Assembly: GCF_044704955.1 (NCBI RefSeq)
Contig: NC_091979.1
Location: forward strand, 330,646,001 to 330,710,000
DNA from: Pristiophorus japonicus
Lineage: Eukaryota
Reading direction: 5' to 3'
DNA: 64,000 nucleotides
The translations under genes were made by a program, and so were the position numbers. Below are positions 1 through 14,975 of this stretch, piece after piece. The notes beneath the pieces were generated by a model. It was not told the DNA's origin, did no database searches, and worked only from the letters and a program-made list of their open reading frames with translations. Numbering within the stretch: the first letter of the stretch is position 1; each line of letters starts with the position of its first letter.

Positions 1-3000
1 ATAGGATCTAGTGTAATATAAACAGAGACAGGGTATCGTGTAATATATACAGGGACAGGGCCTAGTGTAATATATACAGAGACAGAGTCTAGTGTAATAT
101 ATTCAGAGACAGCGTCTAGTGTAATATATAGAGAGACAGGATCTAGTGTAATATAAACAGAGACAGGGACTAGTGTAATATATACAGGGACAGGGCCTAG
201 TGTAATATATACAGAGACAGAGTCTAGTGTAAAATATACAGAGACAGGGTCTAGTGTAATATAAACAGAGACAGGGTCTAGTGTAATATATACAGAGACA
301 GGGTCTAGTGTAATATATACAGAGACAGTGTCTAGTGTAATATATGCAGGGACAGGGTCTAGTGTAATATATACAGAGACAGGGTCTAGTGTAATATAAA
401 CAGAGACAGGGTCTCGTGTAATATATACAGAGACAGGGTCTAGTGTAATATAAACAGAGACAGGGTCTAGTGTAATATATACAGAGACAGGATCTAGTGT
501 AATATATACAGAGACAGTGTCTAGTGTAATATATGCAGGGACATGGCCTAGTGTAATATATACAGAGACAGGGTCCAATGTAATATATACAGGGACAGGG
601 TCTAGTGTAACATATACAGAGACAGAGTATCGTGTAATATATACAGAGACAGGGCCTACTGTAATATAAACAGAGACAGGATCTAGTGTAATATATACAG
701 GGACAGGGCCTAGTGTAATATAAACAAGGACAGGGTCTCGTGTAATATAAACAGAGACAGGGTCTAGTGTAATATATACAGAGACAGGGCCGAGTGTCAT
801 ATATACAGAGACAGGGTCTAGTGTAATATAAACAGAGACAGGATCTAGTGTAATATATACAGGGACAGGGCCTAGTGTAATATAAACAGGGACAGGGTCT
901 CGTGTAATATAAACAGAGACAGGGTCTAGTGTAATATATACAGAGACAGGGCCGAGTGTAATATATACAGGGACAGGGTCTAGTGTAATATAAACAGGGA
1001 CAGGGTCTAGTGTAATATAAACAGAGACAGCGTCTAGTGTAATATATACAGAGACAGAGCCTAGTGTAATATAAACAGAGACAGGGTCTAGTGTAATATA
1101 TACAGAGACAGGGTCTAGTGTAATATATACAGGGACAGGGCCTAGTGTTATATATACAGAGGCAGGGTCTAGTGTAATATAAACAGAGACAGGATCTGGT
1201 GTAATATATACAGGGACCGGGCCCAGTGTAATAGAAACAGGGACAGGTTCTAGTGTAATATAAACAGAGACAGGGTGTAGTGTAATATAGACAGAGACAG
1301 GGCCTAGTGTAATATAAACAGGGACAGGGTCTAGTGTAATATAAACAGAGACAGGGTCGAGTGTAATATATACAGAGACAGGGCCTAGTGTAATATATGC
1401 AGAGACAGGGCCTAGTGTAATATATACAGAGACAGGATCTAGTGTAATATATACGGAGACAGGATCTAGTGTAATATATACAGGGACAGGGTCTAGTGTA
1501 ATATAAACAGAAACAGGGTCTGTTGTAATATAAACAGGGACAGGGTCTCGTGTAATTTAAACAGAGACAGGGTCCAGTGTAATACATACAGGGACAGGGC
1601 CTAGTGTAATATATACAGAGACAGGATCTAGTGTAATATATACAGAGACAGAATCGAGTGTAATATATACAGGGACAGGGTCTAGTGTAATATAAACAGA
1701 GACAGGGTCTAGTGTAATACAAACAGAGACAGGGTCTGGAGTAATATAAACAGGGACAGGGTCTCGTGTAATATAAACAGAGACAGGGTCCAGTGTAATA
1801 TATACAGGGACAGGGCCTAGTGTAATATATACAGGGACAGGGTCCAGTGTAATATATACAGGGACAGGGCCGCGTGTAATATATACAGGGACAGGGCCTA
1901 GTGTAATATATACAGAGACAGGGTCCAGTGTAATATATACAGGGACAGGGCCTAGTGTAATATATACAGGGACAGGGCCTAGTGTAATATATACAGAGAC
2001 AGGGTCCAGTGTAATATATACAGCGACAGGGTCTAGTGTAATATATACAGAGACAGGGTATGGTGTAATATATACAGAGACAGGATCTAGTGTAATATAT
2101 ACAGAGACAGGGTCTAGTGTAATATGTACAGGGACAGGGTCTAGTGTAATATAAACAGAGAGAGGGTATCGTGTAATATATACAGGGACAGGGCCTAGTG
2201 TAATATATACAGTGACAGAGTCTAGTGTAATATAAACAGAGACAGCGTCTCGTGTAATATATACAGAGACAGGATCTAGTGTAATATAAACAGAGACAGG
2301 GTCTCGTGTAATATATACAGAGACAGGGCCTAGTGTAATTTATACAGAGACAGGGTCTAGTGTAATATATACAGAGACAGGGCCGAGTGTAATATATACG
2401 GAGACAGGGCCTAGTGTAATATAAACAGAGACAGGGCCTAGTGTAATATAAACAGAGACAGGGTCTAGTTTAATATCAACAGAGACAGGGTCTAGTGTAA
2501 AATATACAGAGACAGGGCCTAGTGTAATATAAACAGAGACAGGGTCTAGTGTAATATAAACAGAGACAGGATCTAGTGTAATATATACAGGGACAGGGCC
2601 TAGTGTAATATAAGCAGGGACAGGGTCTAGTGTAATATAAACAGAGACAGGGTCTAGTGTAATATATACAGAGACAGGGCCTAGTGTAATATAAACAGAG
2701 ACAGGGTCTAGTGTAATATAAACAGAGACAGGGCCGAGTGTAATATATACAGAGTTAGGGCCTAGTGTAATATATACAGAGACAGGATCTAGTGTAATAT
2801 ATACGGAGACAGGATCTCGTGTAATATATACAGGGACAGGGTCTAGTGTAATATAAACAGAGACAGGATCTAGTGTAATATAAACAGAGACAGGGTCTAG
2901 TGTAATATAAACAGGGACAGGGTCTCGTGTAATATAAACAGAGACAGGTTCCAGTGTAATATATAGAGGGACAGGGACTAGTGTAATATATACAGAGACA

Positions 3001-6000
3001 GGATCTAGTGCAATATATACAGAGAAAGGGTCCAGTGTAATATATACAGGGACAGGGCCGAGTGTAATATATACAGGGACAGGGTCCAGTGTAATATATA
3101 CAGGGACAGGGCCTAGTGTAATATATACAGGGACAGGGCCTAGTGTAATATATACAGAGGCAGGGTCCAGTGTAATATATACAGTGACAAGGCCTATTGT
3201 AATATATACAGGGACAGGGCCTAGTGTAATATATACAGAGACAGGGTCCAGTGTAATATATACAGGGACAGGGTCTAGTGTAATATATATGCAGAGACAG
3301 AGTATAGTGTGATATATACAGAGACAGGGCCTCGTGTAATATATACAGAGACAGGGTCTAGTGTAATATATACAGCGACAGGGCCTAGTGTAATATATTC
3401 AGGGACAGGGTCTAGTGTAATATATACAGGGACACGGCCTAGTGTAATATATACAGGGACAGGGTCTAGTGTAATATAAACAGAGACAGGGTCAAGTGTA
3501 ATATATACAGAGATAGGATCTAGTGTAATATAAACAGAGACAGGGTATCGTGTAATATATACAGGGACAGGGCCTCGTGTAATATATACAGAGACAGAGT
3601 CTAGTGTAATATATACAGAGACAGCGTCTAGTGTAATATATAGAAAGACAGGATCTACTGTAATATAAACAGAGACAGGGACTCGTGTAATATAGACAGG
3701 GACAGGGCCTAGTGTAATATATACAGAGACAGAGTCTAGTGTAAAATATACAGAGACAGGGTCTAGTGTAATATAAACAGAGACAGGGTCTAGTGTAATA
3801 TATACAGAGACAGGGTCTAGTGTAATATATACAGAGACAGTGTCTAGTGTAATATATGCAGGGACAGGGTCTAGTGTAATATATACAGAGACAGGGTCCA
3901 GTGTAATATAAACAGAGACAGGGTCTCGTGTAATATATACAAAGACAGGTTCTAGTGTAATATAAACAGAGACAGGGTCTAGTGTAATATATACAGAGAC
4001 AGGATCTAGTGTAATATATACAGAGACAGTGTCTAGTGTAATATATGCAGGGACAGGGCCTAGTGTAATATATACAGAGACAGAGTATAGTGTAATATAT
4101 ACAGAGACAGGGTCTAGTGTAATATATACAGGGACAGTGCCTCGTGTAATATATACAGAGACAGGGCCTAGTGTAATATATACAGGGACGGGGCCTAGTG
4201 TAATATAAACAGAGACAGGGTCTAGTGTAATATAAACAGAGACAGGGTCTAGTGTAATATATACAGAGACAGGGTCTAGTGTAATATAAACAGAGACAGG
4301 ACCTAGTGTAATATATACAGAGTTAGGGTCTAGAGTAATATATACAGAGTCAGGGCCGAGTGTAATATATACAGAGACAGGGTCTAGTGTAATATAAACA
4401 GAGACAGGATCTAGTGTAATATATACAGGGACAGGGCCTAGTGTAATATATACAGAGACAGGATCTAGTGTAATATATACGGAGACAGGATCTCGTGTAA
4501 TATATACAGGGACAGGGTCTAGTGTAATATAAACAGAGACAGGATCTAGTGTAATATAAACAGAGACAGGGTCTAGTGTAATATAAACAGGGACAGGGTC
4601 TCGTGTAATATAAACAGAGACAGGTTCCAGTGTAATATATAGAGGGACAGGGACTAGTGTAATATATACAGAGACAGGATCTAGTGCAATATATACAGAG
4701 AAAGGGTCCAGTGTAATATATACAGGGACAGGGCCGAGTGTAATATATACAGGGACAGGGTCCAGTGTAATATATACAGGGACAGGGCCTAGTGTAATAT
4801 ATACAGGGACAGGGCCTAGTGTAATATATACAGAGGCAGGGTCCAGTGTAATATATACAGTGACAAGGCCTATTGTAATATATACAGGGACAGGGCCTAG
4901 TGTAATATATACAGAGACAGGGTCCAGTGTAATATATACAGGGACAGGGTCTAGTGTAATATATATGCAGAGACAGAGTATAGTGTGATATATACAGAGA
5001 CAGGGCCTCGTGTAATATATACAGAGACAGGGTCTAGTGTAATATATACAGCGACAGGGCCTAGTGTAATATATTCAGGGACAGGGTCTAGTGTAATATA
5101 TACAGGGACACGGCCTAGTGTAATATATACAGGGACAGGGTCTAGTGTAATATAAACAGAGACAGGGTCAAGTGTAATATATACAGAGATAGGATCTAGT
5201 GTAATATAAACAGAGACAGGGTATCGTGTAATATATACAGGGACAGGGCCTCGTGTAATATATACAGAGACAGAGTCTAGTGTAATATATACAGAGACAG
5301 CGTCTAGTGTAATATATAGAAAGACAGGATCTACTGTAATATAAACAGAGACAGGGACTCGTGTAATATAGACAGGGACAGGGCCTAGTGTAATATATAC
5401 AGAGACAGAGTCTAGTGTAAAATATACAGAGACAGGGTCTAGTGTAATATAAACAGAGACAGGGTCTAGTGTAATATATACAGAGACAGGGTCTAGTGTA
5501 ATATATACAGAGACAGTGTCTAGTGTAATATATGCAGGGACAGGGTCTAGTGTAATATATACAGAGACAGGGTCCAGTGTAATATAAACAGAGACAGGGT
5601 CTCGTGTAATATATACAAAGACAGGGTCTAGTGTAATATAAACAGAGACAGGGTCTAGTGTAATATATACAGAGACAGGATCTAGTGTAATATATACAGA
5701 GACAGTGTCTAGTGTAATATATGCAGGGACAGGGCCTAGTGTAATATATACAGAGACAGAGTATAGTGTAATATATACAGAGACAGGGTCTAGTGTAATA
5801 TATACAGGGACAGTGCCTCGTGTAATATATACAGAGACAGGGCCTAGTGTAATATATACAGGGACGGGGCCTAGTGTAATATAAACAGAGACAGGGTCTA
5901 GTGTAATATAAACAGAGACAGGGTCTAGTGTAATATATACAGAGACAGGGTCTAGTGTAATATAAACAGAGACAGGACCTAGTGTAATATATACAGAGTT

Positions 6001-9000
6001 AGGGTCTAGAGTAATATATACAGAGTCAGGGCCGAGTGTAATATATACAGAGACAGGGTCTAGTGTAATATAAACAGAGACAGGATCTAGTGTAATATAT
6101 ACAGGGACAGGGTCTAGTGTAATATAAACAGGGACAGGGTCTAGTGTAATATAAACAGAGACAGCGTCTCGTGTAATATATACAGAGACAGAGCCGAGTG
6201 TAATATAAACAGAGACAGGGTCTAGTGTAATATATACAGAGACAGGGTCTAGTGTAATATATACAGGGACAGGGCCTAGTGTAATATATACAGGGACAGG
6301 GTCTAGTGTAATATATACAGGGACAGGGTCTAGTGTAACATAAAGGGAGATCGGGTCCAGTGTAATATATAAAGGGACAGGGCCTCGTGTAATATATACA
6401 GAGACAGGGCCTAGTCTAATATATACAGAGACAGGGTCTAGTGTAATATATACAGGGACAGAGCCGAGTGTAATATATACAGAGACAGGGCCTAGTGTAA
6501 TATAAACAGAGACAGGGCCTAGTGTAATATAAACAGAGACAGGGTCTAGTGTAATATATACAGGGACAGTGCCTCGTGTAATATATACAGAGACAGGGCC
6601 TAGTGTAATATATACAGGGACTGGGCCTAGTGTAATATAAACAGAAACAGGGTCTAGTGTAATATAAACAGAGACAGGGTCTAGTGTAATATATACAGAG
6701 ACAGGGTCTAGTGTAATATAAACAGAGACAGGATCTAGTGTAATATATACAGGGACAGGGCCTAGTGTAATATAAACAGGGACAGGGTCTCGTGTAATAT
6801 AAACAGAGACAGGGTCTAGAGTAATATATACAGAGACAGGGCCGAGTGTAATATATACAGAGACAGGGTCTAGTGTAATATACACAGAGACAGGATCTAG
6901 TGTAATATATACAGGGACAGGGTCTAGTGTAATATAAACAGGGACAGGGTCTAGTGTAATATAAACAGAGACAGCGTCTAGTGTAATATATACAGAGACA
7001 GAGCCTAGTGTAATATAAACAGAGACAGGGTCTAGTGTAATATATACAGAGACAGGGTCTAGTGTAATATATACAGGGACCGGGCCCAGTGTAATAGAAA
7101 CAGGGACAGGTTCTAGGTAATATAAACAGAGACAGGGTGTAGTGTAATATATAGAGAGACAGGGCCTAGTGTAATATAAACAGGGACAGGGTCTAGTGTA
7201 ATATAAACAGAGACAGGGTCGAGTGTAATATATACAGAGACAGGGCCTAGTGTAATATAAACAGAGACAGGATCTAGTGTAATATATTCAGGGACAGGGC
7301 CTAGTGTAATATAAACAGGGACAGGGTCTAGTGTAATATAAACAGAGACAGGGTCTAGAGTAATATATACAGAGACAGGGCCTAGTGTAATATATGCAGA
7401 GACCGGGTCTAGTGTAATATAAACAGAGACAGGGTCTAGTGTAATATATACATAGACAGGGCCTAGTGTAATATAAACAGAGACAGGGTCTAGTGTAATA
7501 TCAACAGCGACAGGATCTAGTGTAATATATACAGAGACAGGGCCGAGTGTAATATATACAGAGACAGGATCTAGTGTAATATATACAGAGGTAGGATCTA
7601 GTGTAATATATACAGGGACAGGGCCGAGTGTAATATATACAGAGACAGGGTCTAGTGTAATATAAACAGAGACAGGGTCTAGTGTAATATAAACAGAGAC
7701 AGGATCTAGTGTAATATATACAGGGACAGGGCCGCGTGTAATATGAACAGGGACAGGGTCTCGTGTTATATAAACAGAGACAGGGTCTAGTGTAATATAT
7801 ACAGAGACAGGGCCTAGTGTAATATAAACAGATACAGGGTCTAGTGTAATATAAACAGAGACAGGGCCTAGTGTAATATATGCAGAGACAGGGCCTAGTG
7901 TAATATATACAGAGACAGAATCTAGTGTAATATATACAGGGACAGGGTCTAGTGTAATATAAACAGAGACAGGGTCTAGTGTAATACAAACAGAGACAGG
8001 GTCTAGAGTAATATAAACAGGGACAGGGTCTTGTGTAATATAAACAGAGACAGGGTCCAGTGTAATATATACAGGGACAGGGCCTAGTGTAATATATACA
8101 GGGACAGGGTCCAGTGTAATATATACAGGGACAGGGCCGCGTGTTATATATACAGGGACAGGGCCTAGTGTAATATATACAGAGACAGGGTCCAGTGTAA
8201 TATATACAGGGACAGGGCCTAGTGTAATATATACAGGGACAGGGCCCAGTGTAATATATACAGAGACAGGGTCCAGTGTAATATAAACAAAGACAGGGCC
8301 TAGTGTAATATATACAGAGACAGGGTATGGTGTAATATATACAGAGACAGGATCTAGTGTAATATATACAGAGACAGGGTCTAGTGTAATGTGTACAGGG
8401 ACAGGGTCTAGTGTAATATAAACAGAGAGAGGGTCTAGTGTAATATATACAGAGACAGAGTCTAGTGTAATATATACAGAGACAGGATCTAGTGTAATAT
8501 AAACAGAGACAGGGTATCGTGTAATATATACAGGGACAGGGCCTAGTGTAATATATACAGAGACAGAGTCTAGTGTAATATAAACAGAGACAGCGTCTCG
8601 TGTAATATATACAGAGACAGGATCTAGTGTAATATAAACAGAGACAGGGTCTAGTGTAATATATACAGAGACAGGGCCTAGTGTAATTTATACAGAGACA
8701 GGGTCTAGTGTAATATATACAGGGACAGGGCCGAGTGTAATATATACAGGAACAGGGCCTAGTGTAATATAAACAGAGACAGGGCCTAGTGTAATATAAA
8801 CAGAGACAGGGTCTAGTGTAATATCAACAGAGACAGGGTCTAGTGTAAAATATACAGAGACAGGGCCTAGTGTAATATATATGGAGTCAGGATCTAGTGT
8901 AATATATACAGAGGCAGGATCTAGTGTAATATATACAGAGACAGGGCCTAGTGTAAAATATACAGAGACAGGGTCTAGTGTAATATAAACAGAGACAGGG

Positions 9001-12000
9001 CCTAGTGTAATATATGCAGAGACAGGGCCTAGTGTAATATAAACAGAGACGGGGCCTAGTGTAATATATACAGAGTTAGGGCCTAGTGTAATATATACAG
9101 AGACAGGATCTAGTGTAATATATACGGAGACAGGATCTTGTGTAATATATACAGGGACAGGGTCTAGTGTAATATAAACAGAGACAGGATCTAGTGTAAT
9201 ATAAACAGAGACAGGGTCTAGTGTAATATAAACAGGGACAGGGTCTCGTGTAATATAAACAGAGACAGGTTCCAGTGTAATATATAGAGGGACAGGGACT
9301 AGTGTAATATATACAGAGACAGGATCTAGTGCAATATATACAGAGAAAGGGTCCAGTGTAATATATACAGGGACAGGGCCGAGTGTAATATATACAGGGA
9401 CAGGGTCCAGTGTAATATATACAGGGACAGGGCCTAGTGCAATATATACAGGGACAGGACCTAGTGTAATATATACAGAGGCAGGGTCCAGTGTAATATA
9501 TACAGTGACAAGTCCTACTGTAATATATACAGGGACAGGGCCTAGTGTAATATATACAGAGACAGGGTCCAGTGTAATATATACAGGGACAGGGTCTAGT
9601 GTAATATATACAGAGACAGAGTATAGTGTGATATATACAGAGACAGGGCCTAGTGTAATATATTCAGGGACAGGGTCTAGTGTAATATATACAGGGACAC
9701 GGCCTAGTGTAATATATACAGGGACAGGGTCTAGTGTAATATAAACAGAGACAGGGTCAAGTGTAATATATACAGAGATAGGATCTAGTGTAATATAAAC
9801 AGAGACAGGGTATCGTGTAATATATACAGATACAGGGCCTAGTGTAGTATACACAGAGACAGAGTCTAGTGTAATATATACAGAGACAGCGTCTAGTGTA
9901 ATATATAGAGAGACAGGATCTAGTGTAATATAAACAGAGACAGGGACTAGTGTAATATATACAGGGACAGGGCCTAGTGTAATATATACAGAGACAGAGT
10001 CTAGTGTAAAATATACAGAGACAGGGTCTAGTGTAATATAAACAGAGACAGGGTCTAGTGTAATATATACAGAGACAGGGTCTAGTGTAATATATACAGA
10101 GACAGTGTCTAGTGTAATATATGCAGGGACAGGGTCTAGTGTAATATATACAGAGACAGGGTCTAGTGTAATATAAACAGAGACAGGGTCTCGTGTAATA
10201 TATACAGAGACAGGGTCTAGTGTAATATAAACAGAGACAGGGTCTAGTGTAATATATAGAGACGGGATCTAGTGTAATATATACAGAGACAGTGTCTAGT
10301 GTAATATATGCAGGGACAGGGCCTAGTGAAATATATACAGTGACAGGGTCTCGTGTAATATATACAGGGACAGGGCCTAGTGTAATATATACAGGGACAG
10401 GGTCTAGTGTAATATATACAGGGACAGGGTCTAGTGTAACTTAAAGGGAGATCGGGTCCAGTGTAATATATAAAGGGACAGGGCCTAGTGTAATATATAC
10501 AGAGACAGGGCCTAGTCTAATATATACAGAGACAGAGTCTAGTGTAATATATACAGGGACAGAGCCGAGTGTAATATATACAGAGACAGGATCTCGTATA
10601 ATATATACAGAGACAGGGTCCACTGTAATATATACTGGGACAGGGCCTAGTGTAATATATACAGGGACAGGGTCCAGTGTAATATATACAGGGACAGGGC
10701 CTAGTGTAATATATACAGGGACAGGGCCTAGTGTAATATATACAGAGACAGGGTCCAGTGTAATATATACAACGACAAGGCCTAGTGTAATATATACAGG
10801 GACAGGGCCTAGTGTAATATATACAGAGACAGGGTCCAGTGTAATATATACAGGGACAGGGTCTAGTGTAATATATACAGAGACAGAGTATAGTGTAATA
10901 TATACAGCGACAGGGCCTAGTGTAATATATTCAGGGACAGGGTTTAGTGTAATATATACAGGGACAGGGCCTAGTGTAATATATACAGGGACAGGGTCTA
11001 GTGTAATATAAACAGAGACAGGGTCAAGTGTAATATATACAGAGACAGTGTCTAGTGTAATATATACAGAGATAGGATCTAGTTTAATATAAACAGAGAC
11101 AGGGTTTCGTGTAATATATACAGGGACAGGGCCTAGTGTAATATATACAGAGACAGAGTCTAGTGTAAAATATGCAGAGACAGGGTCTAGTGTAATATAA
11201 ACAGAGACAGGGTCTAGTGTAATATATACAGAGACAGGGTCTAGTGTAATATAAACAGAGACAGGGTCTCGTGTAATATATACAGAGACAGGGTCTAGTG
11301 TAATATAAACAGAGACAGGGACTAGTGTAATATAAACAGAGACAGGGTCTAGTGTAATATAAACAGAGACAGGGTCTCATGTAATATAAACAGAGACAGG
11401 GTCTGGTGTAATATATAGAGAGACAGGGTCTAGTGTAATATAAACAGAGACAGGGTCTAGTGTAATATATACAGAGACAGTGTCTAGTGTAATATATACA
11501 GGAACAGGGCCTCGTGTAATATATACAGAGACAGGGTCTAGTGTAATATATACAGGGACAGGGCCTAGTGTAATATATACAGGGACAGGGTCTAGTGTAA
11601 TATATACAGGGACAGGGTCTAGTGTAACATAAAGGGAGATTGGGTCCAGTGTAATATATAAAGGGACAGGGCCTAGTGTAATATATACAGAGACAGGGCC
11701 TAGTCTAATATATACAGAGACAGGATCTAGTGTAATATAAACAGGGACAGAGCCGAGTGTAATATATACAGAGACAGGGTCTAGTGTAATATATACAGGG
11801 ACAGTGCCTAGTGTAATATAAACAGAGACAGGGCCTAGTGTAATATAAACAGAGACAGGGTCTAGTGTAATATATACAGGGACAGTGCCTAGCGTAATAT
11901 ATACAGAGACAGGGCCTAGTGTAATATATACAGGGACAGGGCCTAGTGTAATATAAACAGAGACAGGGCCTAGTGTAATATATACAGGGACAGGGTCTAG

Positions 12001-12270
12001 TGTTATATAAACAGAGACAGGGTCTAGTGTAATATATACAGAGACAGGGTCTAGTGTAATATAAACAGGGACAGGGTCTCGTGTCATATAAAGTGGGACA
12101 TCGTCTAATTTAATATAAACTGAGAGAGAGTCTCGTGCATTAGTAACTGAGTCAGTGTCTTGTTTAATATGAACAGAGACGGAGTCTAGTGCAGTAATAA
12201 CTGACACAGAGCCTAATACAATATAACTGGAGAGAGTGCGTGGTGTAGTATAAACTGAGACATGGTCTTG
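1..12270 (+). repeat. 27-bp tandem satellite array (CTAGTGTAATATATACAGAGACAGGGT), runs off the window start, degenerates after ~12080
   Basis: Directly visible 27-nt period, which gives 9-aa repeat ORFs (YITLDPVSV / YYTRPCLCI). Confidence 0.98.
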
Positions 12271-12338
12271 CCCCGTGTTAGCTGTGCCCTGTGGTTAATG
12301 GCCCCCCCTGCCAGTGGAAACATTTTCATAGAATCACA

Positions 12339-12964
12339 GGGCCCGAGTTTGGTGAACTTACTGCCGGCTGCCACCGTGTTTTCTCGGCGGTCTCCCTGTT
12401 TTTTGGGCGCTCTCCCCTGCGAGCGAGTTTGGTGAGGCCCTCACGCCGGCGGGGAGAGAAGACGCTGGGGAGCACCGCTGGTGTGCGCCGGCGTGGAACA
12501 CTGATAACCATCCTCCCGCCCGCTCCCTCCTGAGACTGGTCCGGGCGGTCCCCCTCTCCAGCAGCAGAATCGACCGCCGTGTGGTAGGCTGAACGGTAAG
12601 CATGGACCCTGCAAGGGACGGTTCGTGCACCTCTTTTCTTCATTTCTTTTGCAGCGATTTTGTTGGATCGGGTTCTCTGAAGGATTTGTAATTGATTTTT
12701 TTCGTTTGTTGAAATGTTTTTTTCCCTGTTCCGCCCTCTGTGGGCCCGACTCTATCCTCGGTGTTACTTTGCCAAGGATTGCATTTGCTGCCCAGAATCT
12801 GACCAACCGCACACTGTCGCCCAGAATCGGTGTGTAAGTTCCATTTCTTCCACCGAGCATTTTTTCCTCATTTTTCCACCAAACTTCCACCCTGTACCAT
12901 CAGGGTCTTCGCAGTCCTTTCGACGGTATCTGGGCAGAACTTAGGTTTGACCAAACTCGGGCCC
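12339..12964. mobile_element. Non-autonomous TIR element (MITE, possibly PIF/Harbinger-like)
   Basis: Perfect 15-bp TIRs GGGCCCGAGTTTGGT (12339) and ACCAAACTCGGGCCC (12950-12964). GC-rich interior with no credible ORF. Inserted in a minus-strand CR1 3' end. Confidence 0.7.
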
Positions 12965-13680
12965 AGAGATCAGTACGGCACATAAGGTGACAATTCAGCC
13001 CAAAGGGTCTGTGCCGGCTCTTTCGAAGACCAATCCAGTTAGTCCCCCCTCCCCCCGGCTCTTTCCTTATATCCTGCATTTTTTCTCCTTCAAATATTTA
13101 TACAATTTTCTTTCGAAAGTTACTATTGAATCTGTATCTACCACCCGATCAGACAGCACAATCCACATCCTAACCAGTGGTTGTATCGAGAAGTTCGTCC
13201 ACATATCGCCTCTGGTTCTTTTGTCAATCACCTTTCATCTGAAAGAGTTTCTATTTATTTACTCGACCGAAACCCTTGATGATTTTAAACACATCGATCA
13301 AATCTCCTCTTAGTCTTCTCTCCTCCGAGGAGAACAGTCCCATCTTCTCCAGTCTCTCCACAATAACTGAAGTCCCTCATCCCTGATACCATTCTTTTAA
13401 ACATGTCTTTAACCTTCTCTCCTCCAAGGAGAACAGTCCCAGCCTCTCCAGTCTCTCCACATAATTTTAATCCCACATCCCTGATGCATTTGCAGTAAAT
13501 CTCTTCTGCATCCTCTCGAAAGTCTTCACGTCCTTCCTAAAGTGTGGTGCCCAGAATTGGACACAATTGTCCAGCTGGGGCCGAACTAGTGTTTCTAGTC
13601 ATTCATCCCTGGTACCAATCTGGTAAATGTCCCCTCACCCTTCTCTGCTGTAAGGAGAACAGCCCCAGCTTCTCCAAGTC
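12965..13680 (-). mobile_element. Degenerate CR1 LINE 3' fragment with internal duplications
   Basis: Reverse complement matches the CR1 ORF2 C-terminal region. The GGAGAACAGTCCCA segment recurs three times. Confidence 0.65.
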
Positions 13681-14552
13681 TGTCAGCGTAGTGAGAGCTT
13701 GTGTCCTACTGTCCCGTACACACAATGGCAGCGAGCTCCAGGCGGGCACTGGCCCGTCCTCAACAGTGAGAAGGGGGAGGGATAAAGAGCAGCTGGAAGT
13801 CGACAATGTCTTCAAACAAGTTTTAAATTGTTACCTTTATTTGTTTGATTTAAAAAAGGAAAGATATCCTGTTTTTTGTTTTTTTCAGGGTGGGGGTTAA
13901 ATATATATATTTGCCATCACTCACTCTCTTATTTGTTAATTTATACGAAAGCCTGGTGAATGAATTGGGTGCAGAAAATTCCAGCTGAGGAATCCTCATC
14001 GATGGAAGCAGAGACACTGCAAAGGGACAAAATAACAATGTGTTGGGCTGAAGGAGGGATGGAGGGAGGGAGGGAGCGATTGATGGAGGGAGGGATGGTG
14101 GTATGGAGGGCAGGAGAGAGTGAGCGAGGGAGGGAAGGAGAGACGGATTGAGGGTGGGATGGATGGTAGGAGTGAGTGATGTATTTTCTCCCAATTTACC
14201 CGATCAAAACGCTCCGTGATTTTGAACACCTCTATTCAGTCGCCCATGACCTGCTCGGCTCGAAGGAGAACAGTCCCAGATTCCAGCTGCTCTGATGGAG
14301 AGCTCACACAGAGTAAAACTCAAGATCTGTGAGTCCTTCTGCCTCGGGCACTTGCACATGTTCCTTGTATAATCGCTGACACTTTTATATGGACCCGGTG
14401 GAAATCCCAGTGTGGGAATGACATCCCAGACAAGATAAGAGACCTCGTCCCTGATAATAAATGGATCAGTGTCAGACAGGGCTCAGGCCCTGAACTTCAG
14501 ACACGATGAGCTGAATGGCAGCATTTTAAACTACAAGCTGTGATATGTTCAA

Positions 14553-14975
14553 GCCTCGGCTCAGTGGGATCACTCTCGCCTCTGACTCAGAAGGTCACAG
14601 ATACTAAACCCCACTCCAGAGACCTGAGTCCATAATCTATGCCAACCCGCCCGATGCCAGTACTGAGGGAGTGCTGCACGGTCAGAGGTGCTGCCTTTCG
14701 GGGTAGACATTAAACTGAGGCCCCATCTTCCCACGCAGGTGGATTTAAAGGACTCATGGCACTATTTTAAAGGGCAGCTGAGTTTTCCAAGGTTTCCAGG
14801 GAAAATATTTATCCCTCAACTAACGTCTGACAAACAGATGATCTGATCATTATTTCATTGCTGTTTGTGGGATCTTGCTGTGCACAAATTGGTTGCCACA
14901 TTTCCTACATTACAACAGTGACCACACTTCCAAAGTACTTCATTGGCTGTAAAGCAGTTGCGATATGTGAAAAGC
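14553..14975 (+). mobile_element. tRNA-headed Deu-domain SINE (SacSINE1/AmnSINE-like)
   Basis: tRNA-like head GGCTCAGTGG...CTCTCGCCTCTGA, then a Deu-type core (TATTTATCCCTCAAC...TTGCTGTTTGTGGGATCTTGCTGTGCACAAATTGG). Confidence 0.75.

Noticed and set aside
103-12207. Long Cys/Tyr-rich and YITLDPVSV-repeat ORFs (up to 644 aa), also at 17.2-19.9 kb
   Set aside because: Artefacts of a 27-bp unit that is stop-free in some frames. No unique termini, splice context or frame conservation.
12291-12944. Cluster of overlapping ORFs in the GC-rich island
   Set aside because: They lie within a MITE, have no recognisable domain, and are explained by GC content.
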